Under the pieces are notes generated by a model. The model was not told the origin of the DNA and did not search any database. It was given only the letters and a program-made list of their open reading frames with translations. Positions 12,276 to 24,520 of a stretch of DNA of 64,000 nucleotides are shown here, one piece after another. A program made the translations under genes and the position numbers. Source of the DNA: Mobula birostris (lineage: Eukaryota); contig NC_092381.1 of the NCBI RefSeq assembly GCF_030028105.1, positions 60,352,505 to 60,416,504 of the forward strand, written 5' to 3'. Position 1 is the first letter of the stretch; each line of letters starts with the position of its first letter.

Positions 12276-13541
12276 TGTGGCAACCAGAGTTGCACAGGGT
12301 ACTCCAGCTGACCACCTAATCAATTGTTTATAAAGTTGTACAATAAATACCCCTACTCTTAAACTCTGTACCTTGTCTAATGAAGGTTAGTATGCCATAT
12401 GCTTTCTTAACCATTTTGCCTACTTGTGCTGACATCTGCAATGATACTCAGACTTGTACACCTTGGCCCTCTATTCTCCAATACAGTTGAGGGCAGTGCC
12501 TTTCATTCTGTATATTCTGCCCTTCTTATTCTTCACCTCACTGCACCTCAGTACCTCTAAGGCTAAATGTGGTCTGTGGTATAAACCCATCAGTGTGATG
12601 GCTCCAATCTTATGTTTGAGTTCTTTACCTTACTTTATACTTTATTGTCGCCAAACAATTGATATTAGAACGTACAATCATCACAGCGATATTTGATTCT
12701 GTGCTTCCCGCTTCCTGGATTACAAATTGATAATAAATACTAAAAATTCAAATTATAAATCATAAATAGAAAATAGAAAAATGGAAAGTAAGATAGTGCA
12801 AAAAAAATGAGATGCAGGTCCAGATATTTGGAAGGTACGGCCCAGATCCGGGTCAGGATCTGTTCAGCAGTCTTATCACAGTTGGAAAGAAGCTGGTCCC
12901 AAATCTGGCCATACAAGTCTTCAAGCTCCTGAGCCTTCTCCCGGAGGGAAGAGGGACGAAAAGCGTGTTGGCTGGGTGGGTCGTGTCCTTGATTATCCTG
13001 GCAGCACTGCTCCGACAGCGTGCGGTGTAAAGTGAGTCCACAGACAGAAGACTGGTTTGTGTGATGCGCTGGGCTGTGTTCACGATCTTCTGCAGCTTCT
13101 TCTGGTCTTGGACAGGACAACTTCCATACCAGGTTGTGATGCACCCTAGAAGAATGCTTTCTACGGTGCATCTATAAAAATTAGTGAGGGTTTTAGGGGA
13201 CAGGCCAAATTTCTTTAGTTTTCTCAGGAAGTAAAGGTGCTGGTGGGCCTTCTTGGCAGTGGACTCTGCTTGGTTGGACCAGGTCAGGTCATTTGTGATA
13301 TTGACCCTGAGGAACTTAAAGCTTTTGACCTGTTCCACTTGAGCACCACAGATGTAAATTGGGTTGTGTGGTCCCCTACTCCTTCTGAAGTCGGCAACCA
13401 ATTCCTTCATCTTGCTGACATTGAGGGATAAGTTATTGTCTTCGCACCATGCCACCAGGTTCTTAATTTCCTCTCTGTACTCAAACTCATCATTACCTGA
13501 GGTACGGCCTACAATTGTGGTGTTATCAGCAAACTTATATA

Positions 13542-15144
13542 CAGGCTTCCCCCGCCATCCAAAGGTAGAGCATTCCTATGAAACAGTTCGTAAGCTGAAA
13601 TGTTGTAAAGTGAAGAAGCTATTACCATTTATTTATATGGGAAAATTTTGTGAGCGTTCGCAGACCCAAAAATAACCTACCAAATCATGACAAATAACAC
13701 ATAAAACTTAAAATAACAGTAACATATAGTACAAGCAGGAATGATATGATAAATACACAGCCTATATAAAGTAGAAATACTTTTCTACAATGATTGCCTG
13801 AACAGATCTCTGTAGCGAAAATCTCACGCAAGCGCTCTCGGCAGAAAATCTCACGCAAGCGCTGTTGGCAAGAACACTCTCTCCAATAACCTTTAAACTA
13901 CGAAGCTGCCGAATCTACCAAATAACACATAAAAATACACAGCCTATATAAAGTAGAAATAATGTATATACAATGTAGTATCACTTACCGAATCGGGAAG
14001 ACAGCGCGGAGCACACTGGTGATGGTGTGCTAGACTGAGTCGTCGCAGTTTGGGTGGTGCAGTGGCCCCCACCCTCCGGGCCACCGACCCGATACGTTGC
14101 CGCGAAGAACACAGCAGTAGCCTGGAGCCACACAGCACATCTTTAAGAAAAAAGCCGAAATAAACATGCTAATTAATTAGATGCCGCCGACACGTAATTG
14201 TCGGCCCAGATCAGAGACGATGAAATTGGAAATCGGCACTGATCTGGGGCGACGATTACGTGTCGGTGGCACCTAATTAATTAGCTTGTTTATTTCGGCT
14301 TTTTTCTTAAAGATGTGCTGTGTCTCCCGGCTACTGTTGCATTCTCCGCGATTCGGTACAGTATCTGTCCGGGGCCCGGGGGTTGGGGTGGTGGGACATC
14401 GGGGTGTCATCTCATCGTCGATCAGGGCAGGCAGCTCATCTTCTCCTATGACTGCCGCCTCGATGTCGAAGGTCGAGGTTTGTTGTCTTTTGTGGCTGAT
14501 GTGGAAGGCTTGCCTGACTGCTGAGCCTCTCGCATTTTTCAGTTTGTTTATAAGGACTCAAACCATCCTGCAAGTATCCCCGAAACCTAAGTACCCTTTC
14601 AAAATTAAAGTTGTGCTTTATCATTGCAGCGAAAATCTCACGCAGTTGCTTCACTTTCTGCGTTCGGTTTCGATTGTTATCCTTTCCTCTTCCAGTTGCA
14701 TCAGCTCTTCATCTATCAGTTCTTGGTCATGGGATGCCAAAACCTCTTCAATATCATCTTCATCAGCTTCCAGAAGCCAAACTCACTTTGTCCTCGCTTC
14801 GTTCACCATGATCGAAACCCTTAATTATGTCTAGTCTTACACTAAGTGTAACACCCTTACGAGCTCTTTTAGGCTTTTCCGGTACCTTAGAACTCATCTT
14901 GCTAACGGCTGCTCACAGGCACGTGTTTAAGCAATGCTGTTCCGAATCCAGGGGCGAGCGGCCGCTCGGGGCGCGTGCTGCCTTTTATCGTGCACTGATT
15001 TTTTCGCGCGCTGATTTTTTAACGCGCGCTGCCTTTCTTCGTAACAGTGAAAACACCCTCTGAAAGCGAAAACAGGTACTAATGTAGTTCTTTTGTAACA
15101 GTGAGGTTTCATAAAGTGAACGTTTGAAAAGCGGGGGACAACTG
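13542..15144 (-). mobile_element. Internally deleted pogo/Tigger DNA transposon (MER82-like ends)
   Basis: TA duplications at 13540-13541 and 15145-15146. Imperfect TIRs CAGGCTTCCCCCGC / CAGTTGTCCCCCGC. Transposase start MSSKVPEKPKRARKGVTLSVRLDIIK (ATG 14897) joined to the acidic C-terminus EDDIEEVLASHDQELIDEEL. The DDE domain is missing. Confidence 0.88.
14112..14339. repeat. Long palindrome (arms about 105-110 bp) inside the Tigger element
   Basis: cagtagcc...cacagcacatctttaagaaaaaagccgaaataaac...cccagatcag is mirrored by ctgatctggg...gtttatttcggcttttttcttaaagatgtgctgtg...ggctactg. Confidence 0.92.
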
Positions 15145-16301
15145 TATTGAGTTTGATGGAAACTTGGCTACACAATCATGGGTGTACAGTGAGTACAGCA
15201 GGGGGCTGAGTACACAGCCTTGTGGGGCACCGGTGCTCAGGGTGATTGTAGAGGAGAGTTTGTCCCCTATTTTTACAGCCTGGGTTCTGTCTGTGAGGAA
15301 GTTGAAGATCCAGCTGCAGATCTGAGTGCTAAGGCCCAAGTTTGGAGCTTAGATTACCCATTACCCCTTAGATCTTAGACTACCCATTTAGATTCAGTCG
15401 ATGAACCCTTCATTTCTTACCCTCGGAATCCAGCTGTGATATTGCTCTTCAAAGGTAATTCAACACCTTGTCCTCCCTTACCGCCCTTTCTATCTCTTCT
15501 AAAACATCAAAATCCTGGAATGTTAAGCAGTTAGTCTTGTCCCTCTCTCAATCAGGTCTCTGTTATTGTCACCATGTCATTGTTCCATACACTGATTCAT
15601 ACTCTAAGTTTGTCGCCTTACTCTTAATAGTCTTTGCATTAAAATCAACACATCTAAACAACAAACCAACATTTTCATCTTCTTCCTTAAAGGCTTAAAA
15701 AAGCTTATGCTGGTACATTCTATACCTTGCTGTTAGGGACGATAAATTGATGTCATCCCTGCATTTCAGAAATCAGAATTTCCTGCACAAATGCACAGTA
15801 CATATGTAGGGGGATGGGAACCACAGCAGGACAAGTGATAGGATTGAGGGCAATGAGGCAATGAAGATAAGACTGAAAAGAAGGCCAGCAAGGCACAGGC
15901 TAATAAATGTGTTGGGGCTGATCGGCTGAACTGTGCTCATTTCAGTGTTAGCAGGATTATGCATAAGGAGGATGAATTTACATCCTGCATCAGTGTATGG
16001 AATTAAGATCTTGTTACCATTACAGAGACCTGGTTGTGTGAGGGGCAAGACTGGCAGCTCAGTGTTCCTGCGTTTTTCTGCGTTAGACATGACAGAGAGG
16101 GGGAATAAAAGAGGTGGGGGTTGCACTGCTGCTAAGGGAGAATGTCATAGCAGTACTGGAGGGCAATTTAGGTGGAATTCAGAAATAGGAGAGATTTAAT
16201 TATGCTGATGGAATTATATTATATGACCCCTCTTCCAATAGCCACTGAGAGGTGGAGGGACAGATATGTAGACAGATTATGAAGAGATGCAGGAACAATA
16301 C

Positions 16302-16716
16302 CTCCAAGAGGACCATAGCCTTGCCGTGGTTTGAAGGCTTGTGTGCTTCAATGACCCAGAGCACGATTTTGGCTGGAGTCAGGTCTTTGGCTCTTAGTGG
16401 GGTTACCCATGCCAAACAGGTCAAAGAGTAGATGCCAGACAAAGTGTGGACGACGGCTCCTCCAGGTCTGGGGATTCAGCTCAGAGCTAACAACCCTGAC
16501 TAGTCAAACAAAACCCATAGAACAGCAATGAAGAGTTCGTCTACATCTGTGTGTGATGGAGTTCCAGAGTCTCCACCTGGAACATGCGTGGTTGACAGTA
16601 GTGAAAACCAAGAGGAAGCCTCTGGCACAATGAAGGAAGCCTTGAACACCGACAGACAGAGATAGAGGACCTTTGTTGCTGCTGTAAATGTCAGCAGCTT
16701 AACGGGCAGTAAGCAA
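16302..16716 (+). mobile_element. Non-autonomous RTE-derived bipartite SINE (RTE 5'UTR plus RTE 3' end)
   Basis: 5' part ccttgccgtggtttgaaggcttgtgtgcttcaatgaccc and 3' part gacagacagagatagaggacctttgttgctgc...gggcagtaag. Degenerate TSD gcaggaacaata / gcaggagcacca. Confidence 0.6.
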
Positions 16717-17235
16717 GAAAGCAGGAGCACCAGGGTTGTCATTGTGCAAGACTTTAATTTCCTTAGTATTAACTGAAACTTCCTTAATACAAGAGACTTG
16801 GGATTTATTCAGTGCATCCAGGAGGCTTTCTGAAAGAGTATGTGGACAGTTCAACAAGAGGAGAGAATCTGCTAGGAAATGAGCCAGGCCAGGTGACAGA
16901 CCTGATAGTGGATGAGCATTTTGTGATTAGTGACCACAACTAATTATGTTTTAAAATAGTTATGTGGATAATCAAACTGGATCTTTCTGGAAGGTACTAA
17001 ATAAGGAAGGTCAAATTATGGCAGAATGAAATAGGAGCTAAAGGACATTGATTGGGAGCAGCCGCTGTCAGACAAGTCCACATCTGACACATGAGAGATG
17101 TTTAAAGACCAGATGATTAAAGTTCATGATCAGCATAGTCTTTGAAGAAGTAAGGACAAGGATGGTGAGATAAGGGAAATTTGATTGACCTGAGAGAGCC
17201 TAAATTTAGTCAGGAAGGAAAAAAGAAGTTTACGT

Positions 17236-18571
17236 AGAAACATAGAAAACCCACAGCACAATACAGGCCCTTCGGCCCACAATGCTAAGCCGAACCTGTA
17301 CTTACTTTAGAAATTACCTAGGGTTACACATAGCCCTCTATTTTTCTAAGCTCCCTGTACCTACCTAAGAATCTCTTAAATGACTGTATTGTATCCGCCT
17401 CCACCACTGTCACCAGCAGCCCATTCCATGCACTCACCACGCTCTACGTAAAAATACTTACCCCTGATATCTCCTCTGTACCTACTTCCAAGCACCTTAA
17501 AACTGTGCCCTCTCGTGTTAGGCACTTCAGCCCTGGGAAAAAGCCTCTGACTATCCACATGATCAATGTCTCTGATCATCTTATACACCTCTATCAGGTC
17601 ACCTCTCATCCTCTGCCATTCCAAGGAGAAAAGGCCGAGTTCACTCAACCTATTCTCATAAGGCGTGCTCCCCAATCCAGCCAACATTCTTGTAAATCAC
17701 TTCTGCACCCTTTCTATGGTTTCCACATCCTTCCTGTAGTGAGGTGACCAGAACTGAGCACAGTACTCCAAGTGGGGTCTGACCAGGGTCCTACATAGCT
17801 GCAACATTACTTCTTGGCTCTTAAACTCAATCCCACGGTTGATGAAGGCCAAAGCACCATTTGCCTTCTTAACCACAGAGTCAACCCACGTAGCAACTTT
17901 GAGCGTCCTATGGACTCGGACCCCAAGATCCCCCTGACCCTCCACACTGTCAAGAGTGTTACCATTAATACTATACTCTGCCATCATATTTGACCTACCA
18001 AAATGAACCACCTCACACTTATCTGGGTTGAACTCCATCTGCCACTTCTCAGCCCAGTTTTACACCCTATCGATGTCCCACTGTAACCTCTGACAGCCCT
18101 CCACACTATCCACAACACCCCCAACCTTTGTGTCACCAGAAAATTTACTAACCCATCCCTCCACTTCCTCATTATAGACTCACTAGTCTATAATTTCCGA
18201 GGCTATCTCTGCTCCCTTTCTTGAATAAGGGAACAACATCTGCAACCCTCCACTCCTCTGGAACCTCTCCATTGATCATTGCCCAAGGCTCAGCAATCAC
18301 CTCCCACAGTAGCCTGGGGTTCATCTCACCCAGTCCTGGAGACTTATCCAACTTGATGCTTTCCAACAGCTCCAGCACATCCTCTTTCTTAATGTCTATA
18401 TGCTCAAGCTTTTCAAACCACTGTGAGTCATCCCTACAATCGCCAAGATCCTTTTCTGTAGTGAACACTGAAGCAAAGTATTCATAAAGTACCTCTGCTG
18501 TCTCCTCCGGTTCCATACATACTTTTCCACTGTCACAGTTGATTGGTCCTATTCTCTCATGTCTTATCCTT
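17236..18571 (-). mobile_element. CR1 LINE 3' portion with an internal deletion near 18172
   Basis: MEFNPDKCEVVHFGRSN, RPHLEYCAQFWSPHY and the tail ...ttctatgtttcta. Confidence 0.9.
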
Positions 18572-18969
18572 ATACATAAGGTTTCCGAAGCTAAAATCAA
18601 ACTGGGCCTTTGTGGAGCATAAATTTAACAGCAAAGTGCTCAAACAGGCAACTAGGAAGACTGAAGAGACCATGCAATATCCTTGGGAAGCAGGATCGGG
18701 GGAATGCCAAGGAATTTCATACATACATTAAGAAAAAGAGGATAACTAAGGCGAGGGTAGGACTACTCAAGGGTGGAGGGATTTTGTGCTTGAAGACTGG
18801 GGTATTCAATGAGAACTTTGTGTCACTATTTACCAAGGAGAAGGATTTAGAAGATAGTGAAAACAGAGTGGGGTGTGCTAATGTGCTGGGACATTTTGAG
18901 ATTAATGAGGAAGTAGTGGCTGGCTCTTCTGAAATGCATTAAGATGGATAAGCCCACAGGGCCTCGCTG

Positions 18970-19155
18970 TTCTCCTCTGACCTCTGTTGTTAACAAGGTG
19001 TTTTCATCCACAGAACTGCAGCTCATTAGATGTTTTTTGCTTCTCAAACCTTTCTCTGTAAATTCTCAATAATGTGTGAAAATCCAAGAAGTCAGCAGTT
19101 TCTGAGATGCTCAAACCAACAATCATTTCATGGTTAAAGTCACTTAAATCACATC
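18970..19155. mobile_element. Tc1-derived fragment of the same family as 47648-48197
   Basis: Shares cctctgacctct...cacagaactgc...cagcagtttctgagatgctcaaacca with the 47.8-48.0 kb element. Confidence 0.65.
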
Positions 19156-19561
19156 ATGTGTATGGTAACTTGCACCAAATTCTCCTTTCCATCACCCTTA
19201 GGTAACTAACACATTACTGTTACTAAACACCAATATTCTGGCTGGGAGATATTTTAGTGCTACTTAGGAACATTTAAAAAGGAGTGGTAGAGGTGTGGGA
19301 CTCTGAGCTGAGCTGTAGAATAGCTGATGAGAAATCGGGATAATACTGTTGTCAATGACAGCATGTTTAGTTGTCAGGATAGGTAGGAGCACAAAGAGAG
19401 ACAAAAGCCCATTGCTTTAAACTGCATCTATTTCAATGCAAAAGGTTTGATTTAGAAGATGGATGAACTGAGGCTTGGATTGGATCTGAGGACTCAGATA
19501 TCACAGGCATAATAGAAACATGGCTGAAGGAAGGCAAGGACTGGCAGCTCAGTGATTCAGC

Positions 19562-21165
19562 ATACCATAAGACCATAAGACATAGGAGCAGAATTCGACC
19601 ATTCGGTCCATCGAGTCTACTCTGCTATTTCATCATGGCTGATCCATTTCCCTCCCAACCCCATTCTCCTGCCTTTTGCCTGTAACCTTTCACACCTTGA
19701 CTTACCAAGAATCTATCAACCTCTACCTTAAATATCCCCAATGACCTGGCCTTCACAGCTGCCTGTGGCAACGAATTCCACCATTTCACCACCCTCTGAC
19801 TAAAGAAATTCCATCTCATCTGCATTCCAAATGGATCTCCTTCTATTCTGAGGCTGTGCCTTCTGGTCCTGAACTCACCCACTATAGGAAACGTCCTCTC
19901 CACATCCACTCCATCTAGGTTTTTCAACATACAATAGGTTTCAACGAGATCCCTCCCGCCACCTCATTCTTCTAAGTTCAACTGAGTGCAGGCTCAGAGC
20001 CATCAAACACTCCTCATATCATAAGCCTTTCATTCCTGGAATCACTTTCATGAACCTCCTTTGAACCCTCTCCAATGTCAGCATATTCTTTCTTAGATAA
20101 GGAGCCAAAGCTGCTCACAATATGCCAAGTGAGGCCTCACCAATGCTTTATAAAGCCTCAGCATTACATCCTTGCTTTTATTTTCTAGTTCTCTTGAAAT
20201 GAATGCTAACATTACATTTGCTTTCCTCACCAATGACTCACCAGCAAGTTAACATCTAGGAAATATTGCACGAGGATTCCCAAGTCCCCTTGCACCACAG
20301 AGTTTTGAACTTTCTCCATTTAGAAAATAGTCTAGGCTTTTATTCCTTCTATCAAAGTGCGTGACCATAGGCCTCCTCATGCTGTATTCCGTCTACCACT
20401 TCTTTGCCCACTCTCCTAAATCCTTCTGCTGCCTCAATGCTTCCTCAACATTACCTGCCCCTCCACCAATCACTATATCGTCCACAAACTTGGGCACAAA
20501 GCCATCAGTTCCGTCATCCAAATCATTGATGTACAACGTGGATGGCGGGGTGGAGATATGTCTCTACCAAAGGAGGTTCAAAATGCTCCTTCCGTTCACT
20601 AGCCATCAAGTCACCCTTGGGCAAGTTGTAGCACCTGCTTGGCTTCCCCACCCCCAACCAGGGTCATGTGAAGCCATGGGAGCAGGTGGTTGATGGTTGT
20701 ATGAGCAGCTGATGCATAAGCGACCACTGATGCCAGCTAGATTTGATAATGGCTGGAGTCACAAGTCTTGTAAAGACACTGCTTAGAAGGCAGCAATGGT
20801 AAACCACTTCTATAGGAGAATTTTCCAAGAACAATCATGGTTATGGAAAGACCATGATCGCCTACATCATACAACACGGCACATAGCAGTCAAGCAAACA
20901 ACATTTAAAAAAATGGTCCCAACATTGACCCCTGCTGAACATCACTAGACACTGGCAGCCAATAAAAAAGGGCTCCCTTTATTCCCACTCTTTGTCTCCT
21001 GCCAAACAGCCAGTGCTCTATTCGTGCTAATATCTTTCCTGATATCCACGGGCTCTTATCTTGCTAGGCAGCCTCATGTGCAGCACCTTGTCAAAGGCCT
21101 TCTAAAAATACAAGTACACCACATCCACCAATTCTGCTTTGTCTCTCCAGCTTGTTATTTTCTTA
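19562..21165 (-). mobile_element. CR1 LINE 3' portion
   Basis: Tail ccataagaccataagac. ORF NFFSQRVVKWWNSLP and RT remnants up to the YLYF*KAFDKV region. Confidence 0.88.
20538..20890 (+). mobile_element. Short SINE-like insertion with RTE-type 3' segment
   Basis: Interrupts CR1 RT. Contains gcaatggtaaaccacttct...ccaagaacaatcatgg (BovA/RTE-like) and ends acaacacggcacatag. Confidence 0.55.
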
Positions 21166-21504
21166 CAATAGGTAATACAGATGTTTCAGTGTGACAAATG
21201 CCCTGGTGGGAGTGGGAGGGGGGTGTGTTGGCTTCTTGATAAAGGAGGTCATAACAAATGTCCTTTGGGGGGGTCATCCAGTAAGGCCAAATGGGTACAA
21301 AGTATGGAATACTGGGATTGTATTATACCCCCACCAAAAGTCAGCTGGAATTAGAGGAGCAGATATGTAGAGAGATTGCAGCTAGTTGTAAACGTAACAG
21401 GGTTGTATCAATGGGAGGTTATCACTTCCCTCATATTGGCTCATCCAACTATACTGTAAGAAGTGGAATGAATAGAATTTGTGAAATGTGTCCAGGAAGA
21501 GCTT

Positions 21505-22226
21505 AGGAGAGACAATGGCACCTACCAGTGATTCCTTTGCTTGCATCTTCGGAAACAACTCTATTTCTCTTTCAGGGTTCTTTTGAAGAACCTGACCTGG
21601 AGTTACATGCTGACTTCAGTTCTTTGCGGGAATGGAACCCACAAGAGCTCAGATTGCCTTTGGAGGGCCAAGATCTTGTGGCTCTGGAGACGGGCGGATA
21701 GAAGGTCAGTGTCCCAGCAGGAGACCATGGGAGTTGGAAGATTTATGGCTGTGTGCCCAGAGACCTGAGAAGTTTAGTCACAGAGCTCAGAAAAAGTGAT
21801 GCAATGGACTTCTAACATCATAAACCAGCAAGTTGTTTGTTATGTCTCCCCTCTCGCTGTGAAACGGAGACATCTCTTTCTCCCTTATTAGGGAGAGAGA
21901 GAGCCTGTGGTGAACGAGTATTCTTTGGGGTACTGCAAGTCTGTGTCTTTGCTGTTGCTTCGCTGCCCACTTAAGTGCTCAGTAGTGGGTGCCGATGCTT
22001 TATTTTTGCTGGTTGGGGAGGGTGGATCGTTGCTTGCTGCCACTTACGTGCAGGAGAGAGGGGAGCTGGTGGGGGGGAGGTACTTTAGGGCTCTAATTTT
22101 TAACTGTTATTCATTCTTTGGGGGCACTCCTTTGTTTGCATGGATGGTTGCAAAGAAAAAGCATTTCAGGATGTATATCATACACATTTCTCTGACATTA
22201 AATGTACCTTTGAAACCTTTGAAACG
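21505..22226 (+). mobile_element. Non-coding retro-insertion with Rex1/Babar-like 3' tail
   Basis: Interrupts CR1 endonuclease. Ends gcatttcaggatgtatat...attaaatgtacctttgaaacctttgaaac, resembling the Rex1 tails at 29920-29985 and 45960-46018. Confidence 0.55.
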
Positions 22227-23696
22227 TTCCTTTATCAATATAAGGAAGGACCTACTAAAGAGAGAACCACACTGGACCTCCTCCTGGGGAATGAGGTTGG
22301 ACAAGTGGTGGAAGTTTGTGTTAGTGAGCATTTTGGATCAGAGACCATAATACCTTTAGTTTTAAAAGAGTTTTGGAGAAGGTTATGACCATTTCATAAG
22401 TTAGCGTGTTGAAATGGGACAGAGCAAATTTTGGAGCCAATAGGCAGAACCTTGCAGAGGATGAGTGGGGGAGATTGCTTGCAGGGAAATGAACGTCTGC
22501 AAAGTGGGAAGTTTTTAGATGAGTGATGTCAAGAGTGCAGGATCTGTGTGCTTCTGTTAGGGTGAACAGGAAGGCTGGGACATTTAGGGTAAAAGATATT
22601 GAGGTTCTTCTGTGTGTGGAGCCAAAAGAAATGGGAATGATTTTTAATAAATATTTCTCCACAATTTGTACTATGGAGAAAACAATACAAGCTAAGGAAA
22701 TGGCTGAGCGTGGTGCTGCGTTGGGCCATATACAAATTAGCAAGAAGAAGGTATTGGAAGCCTTAGTCTATTGAAATGGATAAACCTGGTAGATTCTCAA
22801 ACCTAGTGGGAAACCAGAGAAGAAATTGCGGGGGACCGTACAGAGATTTTTGCTTCATCTCTGGTCACAAATGTGGAGGCCAATGTAGTACCATTATTTA
22901 AAAAGGGTTACAAAAACAAGATAGGAAACTACAGCCTAGTGAATCTGACATCATGTTGGATAAATTGCTGGAAGAGATTCTGAAGGACAGGATCTACATG
23001 CATTTGGAGAGTCAGGGTTGGATTCAGGAGAGCTAGTGCAGCTTTATGTGTGGGAAATTATGTCTGACGTTAGAATTCTTTGAGGAAGTAACCGAGAGGA
23101 TAGTGCAGTGGAAGTTTTTTTATACGGATTTTAGCAAGAGCTTTGACACCGTCCCTCATGGCAAGCTACACTGTAAGATTAGATCACATAGAATCTAGGG
23201 GGCATAGCTGATTGGATTCATAATTGTCTCAGTGATTGGAAGCTGAGTTGAGGCTTTTTTCTGGAATGGAAGCCTGTGTCTAATGGTATCCCACAGGTGT
23301 CAGTGTTGGGACCTTTGTCGTTTGTAATTTATATAAATGACTTGGATGTGAATATACAAGGCAAGTAAGTTTGTAGATGATTCTAAAATATGTGGTCTTG
23401 AAGACAATCTAGAAGATTATGAAGCATTAGAGTGAGATCTTTATGAGTGAGGTATGTGGGTTGAGGATTAACAAATGACTTTCAATCAGATAAATGAGCG
23501 GTAGAGTGTATTAGGAGATCAAACCAGGGTAAGACTTGCACAGTGACCGTAGGGCCAAGAGGAACATTGTGACAGACAGACTGAGAAGTGCAAATTCATA
23601 GCTCACTGAAGATGGTGTCACAGTTAAATAAGGTGGTGAAGGAAACATTTGACACATTAGCCATCACCTATCAGGGAATTGAATACAGAAGTTGAG

Positions 23697-23830
23697 AAAC
23701 ACTCACAAAATGCTGGAGGAACTCAGCAGGTCAGGCAGCATCTAATAGAAGAGCACAGTCAACGTTTCGGGCCGAACCCCTTTGGCAAGGCTGGAGGGAA
23801 AAGCTGAGGAGTAGATTTAAAAGGTGGAGG
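23697..23830 (-). mobile_element. Penelope-like terminal fragment with degenerate hammerhead motif
   Basis: acaaaatgctggaggaactcagcaggtcaggcagcatct...cagtcaacgtttcgggccgaacccctttggcaaggctgg. Confidence 0.75.
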
Positions 23831-23849
23831 TTTTTTGAGGCTGTGAGTG

Positions 23850-24520
23850 AAGTGTGCAGCTTAGAGGACAGGAAGGCAGGAGATGCAGCGCCGGCCCGGG
23901 ATTGACTCCATTTCTCACCGATCTCACCGAATGAAACGCCAAGGTTGAAGTTGTCAAGGCAGGTGAAGAGGCTGAACGAGTGTTCAACGCTGTCTACCTG
24001 CCTCTCGCTCACTGCTGCTTGAGAAAGGTGCCTGTGTGTGATGGTCTCTCTCTCTCCCTCTTACTTGCTGCTCCCAAGGGAAGGCCCTTGTACTTGAATG
24101 ATCTCTCTCTCTCTTTCTCTCCCTCGATGTTGTCAGAGGACGGTGCTGGAGCAAGGTTTAATCTATGCAGTTTTGTGGATTGGATAATTCTCACTATGTT
24201 TATTTCTAGTTTATCTGGTCTCTCCTATTTTTTTTTGTTGATAGCTTAGGCAAATGTTAAATCAGGGCATCCTGTAGATAAGGAATACTGAGCTGAACTG
24301 AAATATGGCTTTTGATTTTGTGTTTTATATTCTGTGCTTTTTGCTCATTTTTTGTTGCCATTTGCACGGTTTTTTTGCATGTGGGAGAAGGGAAGCTAGA
24401 TGGATTTTTTTGAACAGGTTCCATGGCTCTTCTTTGTTTCGTGACTGTCTGTGGGGAAGACGAATCTCGAGGTTGCATGCAGCATACAACTTCGATAATA
24501 AATGGACTTAGAATACTTTG
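23850..24520 (+). mobile_element. Non-coding element with Rex1/Babar-like 3' tail
   Basis: Ends gaatctcgaggttgcatgcagcatacaacttcgataataaatggacttagaatactttga. GC-rich 5' part, no ORF. Confidence 0.45.

Larger units (their letters stand above)
12625..15345 (-). mobile_element. Rex1/Babar-type LINE RT C-terminal part, interrupted by a Tigger element
   Basis: [22 protein letters not shown] ... YKFADNTT ... WCEDNNLSLNVSKMKEL ... SFFPTVIRLLN. Confidence 0.88.
15870..18960 (+). mobile_element. Old CR1 ORF2 split into three pieces (about 15870-16300, 16727-17235, 18572-18960) by younger insertions
   Basis: Endonuclease motifs (RVVIVQDFN, SDHN) continue across the insertions, then KKKRITKARVG. Confidence 0.75.
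19250..23695 (+). mobile_element. Old CR1 ORF2 split by nested insertions (pieces about 19250-19560, 21170-21500, 22226-23695)
   Basis: LNCIYFNAKGL, GLYYTP, PTKERTTLDLLLGNE and RT remnants (DFSKSFDTVPH, GIPQVSVLGP). Confidence 0.75.

Noticed and set aside
14286-14834. 182-aa plus-strand ORF
   Set aside because: It is the antisense shadow of the acidic Tigger transposase C-terminus.
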